Below are positions 57,818 through 64,000 of a DNA stretch of 64,000 nt, piece after piece. Every line of letters starts with the position of its first letter. Position 1 is the first letter of the stretch. The notes beneath the pieces were generated by a model, which saw nothing but the letters and a program-made list of their open reading frames with translations, was not told the DNA's origin and searched no databases. Where the stretch lies: the NCBI GenBank assembly GCA_041649715.1, contig JBAZMP010000001.1, positions 515,153-579,152 of the forward strand, read 5' to 3'. This stretch comes from Patescibacteria group bacterium (lineage in GTDB: Bacteria; Patescibacteriota; Patescibacteriia; JAXHNJ01). The position numbers and the translations under genes were made by a program.

Positions 57818-59980
57818 TTATTTCCTCTCTAAGATTACTCCGTATTCCCGATCTTTATCCAATGTCGCTTGATATTTGAGCAAGTTATTTTCCTCGGCCA
57901 AGCCTTGGGGCGCCTTAGCCCGCACCTGATAATCTGCCGGTATTTCAAACACCGCTTCTATCCCTGACTCCTTGGCCCCGGCCTGTTTCTGCAGATAAAG
58001 CGAATAAGCCTCTTCTTCCGCCGTCAGTTTAAAGGGCAGCTTATACTTAAGAGTGACTTCTCGGCTTTCCCCCGCCTCCAAATTGAACCAGTTGGCAAAG
58101 CAGGTTTTTCCGAATTCCGAAGTGATCCGAGTTCCGCTTCTTTCGTTTATGACCGGGTCTTTTTCATAGGCCAGTAAATCCTTGTCTTCCGCCGCCTTAT
58201 CATCCGGAAGAATAAACAGATTGGTATCGATCTTAGAAAAACCTGTCGCTTCCAAAAGCTCGGCGCCGGCGGGCACGTATACTCTTAAGTAATCGATATT
58301 TTTTATTTTCGTGTACGCATCCTGCGGGTCTCCCCGATGGGTCCGTTTTATTTTGACGGTGTCAATGATCGTCCCGTCGCTTTGCACAACCACCGCGTGA
58401 TTTATTTCCTGATCTATTACGCCGTCTGTCTTGCCGCCGCCCACATTCGTATTGACGACCATGAGAAAATCTTTTGCGGCGTTCTTAATTTCACCGGCCA
58501 GACCCAGATCTTTCAGGCTGCTTTCCGTTCCCTCATCAGCGGAATAAATCAGGATATCCTTCTCTGTAAATCCCTTTTGAAAAACATTTAAAAGGTCCAG
58601 GAATTCGCCGGACTTTGTTTGGGCAATTTTAGTGATCAAAATAGGCATCAGGTCGCCGATCAGCGCTTTCGGACGGTTCACTTCCTTGTCATACTCTTTT
58701 TCCACTTTCTCTTGCGTTTCCGTAATAAAATTTTCACTGGTAATCACCGTCTGGTATTTATCCAAGGTGATTGGCCCGGTAATCTTTAAAAGCTCTACTA
58801 TGATATCCGGGGTAAAACTTATTATGCCGTCAACCTTAAAACCGCGCGCCGCCTCGTAAAACCAGTTGATCTTAGCCGCCGTGGCCGGAAAATCGGGGAA
58901 CCAGTTGGCATCCTGGATCTGCCACTTATTGTTTACCAGCCACAGGGGTTTGGGCGGAATGATATCCAGGGTTGAATCTTCATTTATTTCATAGGAGCCT
59001 TTGCCGGGAACCTCTAAAATCTTGATTTTGCCCCGGTCCACCTTGACCAAAGCAACGCTGCCGATAAATCCTCCGGTCGCCCGGATTTCCTGGTTATTCT
59101 GGAAAATAAACATATACTCCCGTGATTTTTCCTGGCCCAAAAGCGACGAGGTCACGCCGAAAAGCTTTTTTGCGTATTGGAAATAATCGGCTAAAGCCGG
59201 CAGTATTTGGCGGATTTTTTCCATTTCCGGCCGATACTGCTCGGGCAGGCTCTCCACCTTCACCTTCGCTAAATGACGGCTGATATTATCGATCTTTTTC
59301 TCTATTGTGTCAAAACTTTCATTTAAGGAAAATAAAAACTGGGGCAGGACATATTCATCCTCTTTTACGGCGAGGGCGGAATCCGCCAGGGGTTCGACTC
59401 TTTCGCTGATTATCTGGCCGATCCCGGCCAGCTCCTTGCCCGCCGAAATCAAATGCTGCCCGGAAGTCAGGGTCTGGCCTTTAAAAGGAACCAGCTTTAC
59501 CAGAGCCAGGACCAGACTGTTTATTTTTTTTAATTCTGTTTCCGCGGCGGTAAAATCATTCTGAGCCTGGATAAAACCCTGCTTGGCGGAAGGAATGTCA
59601 AAATTGGTCATCGCCAGTCCGGCCGACTTCAAATCTTCCAGGGCCGTGACGGAAGCGCCCAGCACCTGGCCCTTAACCGTATTAATCCGGCTGAAACCCA
59701 TGGCGGCCATAAAAGGTAAAATGATGATCAAACAAAAAAGGCCGAAAACCAGGATATTGCGCCATTTGATTTCCAAAATAGAGAAGGGGCTTTTCCCCCA
59801 GGTTTTTTCCAGGCGCTTATATATCTTAGCCGATTTGGGCATTGACCTTTCCTTGGCTTTAGTTTCCTGCTCCACTAAAAGTTTCTTTAAGTCAATAACA
59901 TTATCGGAGGGGATCTTCGTCTTCCTTAAATAATCGTCTAGATCTGAAGGTGGTAATTTTTGGTTGGATTTTGCGCTCAT
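57818..59980 (-). CDS. DUF4012-type membrane-anchored protein
   Basis: FQNNQEIRATGGFIGS, DANWFPDFP, YLRVYVP, QKQAG. Confidence 0.85.
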   Translation of the reverse strand: MSAKSNQKLPPSDLDDYLRKTKIPSDNVIDLKKLLVEQETKAKERSMPKSAKIYKRLEKTWGKSPFSILEIKWRNILVFGLFCLIIILPFMAAMGFSRINTVKGQVLGASVTALEDLKSAGLAMTNFDIPSAKQGFIQAQNDFTAAETELKKINSLVLALVKLVPFKGQTLTSGQHLISAGKELAGIGQIISERVEPLADSALAVKEDEYVLPQFLFSLNESFDTIEKKIDNISRHLAKVKVESLPEQYRPEMEKIRQILPALADYFQYAKKLFGVTSSLLGQEKSREYMFIFQNNQEIRATGGFIGSVALVKVDRGKIKILEVPGKGSYEINEDSTLDIIPPKPLWLVNNKWQIQDANWFPDFPATAAKINWFYEAARGFKVDGIISFTPDIIVELLKITGPITLDKYQTVITSENFITETQEKVEKEYDKEVNRPKALIGDLMPILITKIAQTKSGEFLDLLNVFQKGFTEKDILIYSADEGTESSLKDLGLAGEIKNAAKDFLMVVNTNVGGGKTDGVIDQEINHAVVVQSDGTIIDTVKIKRTHRGDPQDAYTKIKNIDYLRVYVPAGAELLEATGFSKIDTNLFILPDDKAAEDKDLLAYEKDPVINERSGTRITSEFGKTCFANWFNLEAGESREVTLKYKLPFKLTAEEEAYSLYLQKQAGAKESGIEAVFEIPADYQVRAKAPQGLAEENNLLKYQATLDKDREYGVILERK

Positions 59981-59986
59981 TTAAAA

Positions 59987-61114
59987 TTAAATTACCGACT
60001 GATAAACTTCAAGAGTTTTGGCGGCCAGGTCCGGCCAGGAATATTTTTTTACCTGTTTAAAACCTTTTTGACGCAGATCGACGCGCAGGTCTTTGTCATC
60101 GATCAAACGCATAAGGGCGTAAAGCATGCTTTCTTCGTCATCCGCTTCAAAATAATAGGCGGCTTCCCCCAGGACTTCCGGCAGGCAGGAGGAGCGGCTG
60201 GCGGCCACCGGCAATCCTTGAGCCATCGCTTCCAGGGGCGGCAAGCCGAATCCTTCCGCCAGCGAGGGGAAAACATAAAGAAGGGCTTTTTGGTAGATAA
60301 ACTTCAACTCCTCATCCGGCAAATAGCCGGGAAAAAATACCCGCCCACCCAATTTTAACTCATCAACCAGATTTTTCAAACGGGAAAAAAAATAATCCAT
60401 TTTGCCGACCAGAACCAAATTCATGTCGTAACCTTTTTTTGTGACAAGCGTTCTAAAAACGGCCAGCAATTTTTCCAGGTTCTTATGCGGGTAGGCGTTG
60501 CCGACATACAATAAAAAAGGCGGTTTAAACCCGAATTTTTCAAAAAAACGCCTGGCGTTGACCTCCGCGGGCGTGGGCTTAAAATCACTGGTCGCCTCAT
60601 AGGTCACCGTGATTTTATCGGCCGGGACGCCAAAATCATCCATGATCTGTTTTTTTGAATAATGGGAAACGGTGATGATTTTGGCGGATTTTTTCACCGC
60701 CTGACTGATGACCGCCTGATAGACCCGGTGTTTAAGCCCGTATAAAAAGGGGCCCAAAGTTGACGCTCTTTCCGTCGGAAAATGTGACAAAATCAAGTCA
60801 TGGATCGTGACCACAAATTTGCCCCGAAAAACCAGGGGCACATTGAAATGCGGAAAATGCATCAGGTCAAGGCGCTGTTTTCGGATTAACGAAGGAAGGG
60901 CGATCTGTTCGGCTGGTGAATACCAGCGGTAATCAGCCAGCACTTTCTTAAAATTCGGGGCCGGCTTAAACCCCTCCCAAGTTTCCTTTCTTAAAAAAAC
61001 AGTGTATTCGTTTTGCCGGTCCTGCTCTTCAAGATACTGGATCAATTTTTCCGTGTAGCGTCCCAATCCCTTGGTCCCAGGGCCGTAAAATCTCGCGTCA
61101 ATGCCGATACGCAT
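59987..61114 (-). CDS. GT4 glycosyltransferase
   Basis: TIHDL, PHKN, EGFGLPPLEAM. Confidence 0.92.
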   Translation of the reverse strand: MRIGIDARFYGPGTKGLGRYTEKLIQYLEEQDRQNEYTVFLRKETWEGFKPAPNFKKVLADYRWYSPAEQIALPSLIRKQRLDLMHFPHFNVPLVFRGKFVVTIHDLILSHFPTERASTLGPFLYGLKHRVYQAVISQAVKKSAKIITVSHYSKKQIMDDFGVPADKITVTYEATSDFKPTPAEVNARRFFEKFGFKPPFLLYVGNAYPHKNLEKLLAVFRTLVTKKGYDMNLVLVGKMDYFFSRLKNLVDELKLGGRVFFPGYLPDEELKFIYQKALLYVFPSLAEGFGLPPLEAMAQGLPVAASRSSCLPEVLGEAAYYFEADDEESMLYALMRLIDDKDLRVDLRQKGFKQVKKYSWPDLAAKTLEVYQSVI

Positions 61115-61117
61115 AGT

Positions 61118-61744
61118 CTATAAGTTGTCCTTTTTTTCGTCTTTAAAATAATCAATGAGATATACCAGGAGCAGGGAGACAAACAGACCGGCCAAAAAGC
61201 CGATGACGGTGTTAAGAATAGTGTTTGGCCTGACCGCGACAATCACCGCCGGAGAAGGGACCGCTTCAAAGAGTGATTTTGAGTCGGCGGATTTGTTTAG
61301 ATCAAGGACTTTCTGGCGAATGACATCCACCGCGGCTTGCGCCACTTTATCGGCGATGCCCTCTTCTTTTTCCGTGAATTTAACGCCGATATTCTGTCCT
61401 GAATATTTCTTCGTGTTAAAAAGAGTGGCATACTTATTCATGGAATTGAAGGTCGGATTAATTCCCGCTTTGGCGTATATTTCCTTAACTACGGAGGGCG
61501 TGGAAAACCAGCTGACCACGGTTTGAGACACCAGGTCTGAAGCCTGAATGGCGTAGTAACCGTCATACTGGTACTGGCTTGTCTCTTCCCGGTTGGTCCG
61601 GTTGACGGCAAAAGAAAGAGAAGCCTCGTAGGCCACCGGCTTGAAATAGCTAATTAGAAAAGAGACCAAAGCGGCGGTAACGGTCAAAAAAACCACCAGG
61701 CTCTTATGCTTATTGACGATCAACAAATATTCTTTTAATTCCAT
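61118..61744 (-). CDS. Wzz/CapA-like chain-length determinant
   Basis: MELKEY N-terminus, two terminal TMs, P.Y motif. Confidence 0.75.
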   Translation of the reverse strand: MELKEYLLIVNKHKSLVVFLTVTAALVSFLISYFKPVAYEASLSFAVNRTNREETSQYQYDGYYAIQASDLVSQTVVSWFSTPSVVKEIYAKAGINPTFNSMNKYATLFNTKKYSGQNIGVKFTEKEEGIADKVAQAAVDVIRQKVLDLNKSADSKSLFEAVPSPAVIVAVRPNTILNTVIGFLAGLFVSLLLVYLIDYFKDEKKDNL

Positions 61745-61754
61745 ATTTTTTCCT

Positions 61755-62861
61755 TTATTTAATTTTTTCTTGATATTTTAAATAGGTATTTTCCACAAAT
61801 TTTTTGATTCTTTCCTTGAATTTTTCCGTATCATACTCAAAAGCATGATTCTTTATGGCCTGGGGGTTGAATTTTTCCGGCTTGAAACGGATGACCGTAT
61901 CAGCTAAAGCTTCCCACTCCTGATCATCAAAAAAGACTCCGGTCTGGCCGGCAACCACGGTTTCCAGGGCTCCGCCGGCGGCATAGGCGATGACCGGCCG
62001 GCCGGAAGCCATGGCCTCCACAGCCGTGATACCGAAATCCTCCTCCTGGGGATGGATAAAGGCGATCGCTTCGCTGTAAAGCTTTTTTAAATCTTCGCCG
62101 CCCACTTTGCCCAAGAATTCGATATTTGGCTTGGCCATTTCGCGTAATTTCTGGTATTCGGGGCCTTCGCCGAAAATTTTTAAAGGAATTCCCAACTTGG
62201 AAAAAGCCCTCACCGCTAAGTCATATCTTTTGTAGGCGACAAGCCGTCCACCGATCAGATAATAGTCGCCGGTTTTTTCCGCGATAGAAAAATTAGTCGT
62301 ATCTACCGGCGGCAGTATAACGGCCGAATCACGGCGGTAATATTTATGGATCCTTTTCTGGATTGTTTGCGAATTAGCGATAAATTCATCCACGCGGTTG
62401 GCCGCCAGCGTGTCCCACATCCTTAAACGACTTAAATAATAAGGGATAATCTTTTTAATAACCCGATTATAGGAAAGTTCCTCCACGTAACTGTGGGTAT
62501 CGCTCCATAAATACCGCGTCGGTGAATGGCAGTAACAGATATGAACGGTTTTGGGCCGCGTGATCACGCCCTTGGCGAAAGCCGAAGCCGAAGAAAGGAC
62601 CACGTCGAATTCAGAAAAATCAAAGCTTTCGATGGCCGACGGCATCAAAAGCAAAAACCATTTGTATTTTTTTACGCCCCAGGGCAGCCGCTGAATAAAG
62701 GAAGTCCGGATATCTTTGCCGGCAAAAGCAGGGCTGGCTTCTTTTTTATCATAAAGCAAGGTATAGGTCGGCGCTTCGGGATAAAGGTTTTGAAAAACCC
62801 TTAAGACCTTTTCCGCCCCGCCATCCTGGGCTAAATGTTCGTGGACTAAAGCAACCTTCAT
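61755..62861 (-). CDS. GT4 glycosyltransferase (WbaZ-like)
   Basis: GGAEKV, YCHSPTRYLW, EDFGITAVEAMASG. Confidence 0.92.
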   Translation of the reverse strand: MKVALVHEHLAQDGGAEKVLRVFQNLYPEAPTYTLLYDKKEASPAFAGKDIRTSFIQRLPWGVKKYKWFLLLMPSAIESFDFSEFDVVLSSASAFAKGVITRPKTVHICYCHSPTRYLWSDTHSYVEELSYNRVIKKIIPYYLSRLRMWDTLAANRVDEFIANSQTIQKRIHKYYRRDSAVILPPVDTTNFSIAEKTGDYYLIGGRLVAYKRYDLAVRAFSKLGIPLKIFGEGPEYQKLREMAKPNIEFLGKVGGEDLKKLYSEAIAFIHPQEEDFGITAVEAMASGRPVIAYAAGGALETVVAGQTGVFFDDQEWEALADTVIRFKPEKFNPQAIKNHAFEYDTEKFKERIKKFVENTYLKYQEKIK

Positions 62862-62870
62862 AAATATTTA

Positions 62871-64000
62871 TTACCCGGCTGATTTCCCCGAAAATACGAC
62901 CAAGGGGGTTTTAATGATAATTTGCAAATCAAGATTAAGCGACCAATTTTCAATATAGTAAGTGTCTAATTTTGCTTCTTCATCAAATTTAAGGTCCGAA
63001 CGGCCGGAAATCTGGGCCAAACCCGTAAGACCCGGTTTGATGGCCAAAAGTTTCCTCTGATGTTTTTCGTACTTGGCGACTTCTTCCGGTTCATGGGGCC
63101 GCGGTCCGACCAAGCTCATTTCCCCCCGGAGAACGTTATAAAGCTGGGGCAATTCATCCAAAGAAGTCTTGCGGATAAAGCGGCCGACGCGGGTAATACG
63201 GGGGTCGTTCTTGATCTTGAAAAGAGGGCCGTCGTTTCTTTCGTTCAAAGCGATAAGATTTTTTTTCATTTCATGGGCGTTTCTTATCATCGAACGAAAC
63301 TTAAAAAGGATAAATGGCCGACCGGCCTCGCCGATCCTTTCCAGCCGGACGAAGACGGGGCCGCTGGAATCCAGTTTCACGGCCAAAGCGACGATCAAAA
63401 AAACCGGGGATAAAACCATAAGAAAAAGCAAGGAAAAAATAAAATCCAGGGTTCTTTTAATGATCTTGCCCCAACCGTCCAAAGGCGTTCTTTTCACTTC
63501 AACGATAGGGATACCGGCCATGGTATTCACTTCCAGATGAACCGTTTGAGCTTCGGAAATTCCGGCCGCGTATTTAAATATAAGATGATAATCGTTGCAT
63601 AAATCGATTAATCGCAAAACATCCTCCCGGGGAAGATTATTTTCCGCTTGAATAACCTCATCAATGGCCTTGTTTTGCGCCCAGGAAGCCGCCTGCTTAA
63701 GTTTTTCTTCGTCAAAATTATCAAAACGGCCGGCCAGTTTATAACCCAGGCCGGGTTTGATGCTGATCTCCCGGATAATCTCGTCCGCGGTGCGGTCCGA
63801 GCCGATTACCAAAACATTATGCGTGCCGACACTTCTTCGGAATAAGGCATGCTGCAGGGCTCTGACCAATATCCTGACCAACGAGACAAAAATTATGCTC
63901 AAGACCCAGCCGGAAAGAATGATGAAACGAGAAGAAAAAAATTCGCGCTTAAAGAAAATGATGATGATGATCAACATTATGGCGGTTGAGCAAGCGACAA
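62871..64000 (-). CDS. Polyprenyl-phosphate sugar transferase (WbaP/WcaJ family), 5'-truncated by the window
   Basis: KFRSM, DPRITRVG, LDELPQ, SLVGPRP, KPGLTG. Confidence 0.93.
   Translation of the reverse strand, partial: VACSTAIMLIIIIIFFKREFFSSRFIILSGWVLSIIFVSLVRILVRALQHALFRRSVGTHNVLVIGSDRTADEIIREISIKPGLGYKLAGRFDNFDEEKLKQAASWAQNKAIDEVIQAENNLPREDVLRLIDLCNDYHLIFKYAAGISEAQTVHLEVNTMAGIPIVEVKRTPLDGWGKIIKRTLDFIFSLLFLMVLSPVFLIVALAVKLDSSGPVFVRLERIGEAGRPFILFKFRSMIRNAHEMKKNLIALNERNDGPLFKIKNDPRITRVGRFIRKTSLDELPQLYNVLRGEMSLVGPRPHEPEEVAKYEKHQRKLLAIKPGLTGLAQISGRSDLKFDEEAKLDTYYIENWSLNLDLQIIIKTPLVVFSGKSAG

Overview
A 64-kb chromosomal segment that looks like a Patescibacteria (CPR/Parcubacteria-type) genome, inferred from gene content and Asn-rich linkers. 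The housekeeping backbone carries gltX, priA-def-fmt, ftsEX, lepA, murJ, the AmmeMemoRadiSam genes, an AMP-salvage operon (ribose-1,5-bisphosphate isomerase, form III-type RuBisCO, AMP phosphorylase), three tRNAs and a polysaccharide-biosynthesis cluster. Two accessory regions interrupt it. (1) About 4.7-15.9 kb: a Xer-type tyrosine recombinase, an AbiJ/HEPN-like gene and a dozen stand-alone units, each with its own sigma70 promoter, a small and mostly visibly GC-richer orphan ORF, and a terminator; two units have no ORF. (2) About 46.8-57.55 kb, the main finding: a co-oriented minus-strand array of about 18 small orphan ORFs separated by 17 copies of a three-part junction. Each junction is a GC-rich hairpin without a U-tract, then a conserved imperfect palindrome of about 40 nt, then a boxA-like motif. 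The only promoter I identified for the array lies upstream of it at about 57.5 kb, and a three-copy structured RNA and other ORF-less structured elements are interspersed. The array is neither a CRISPR nor a classical attC integron. All calls are by eye from the sequence and the ORF track; no database searches or folding programs were run.
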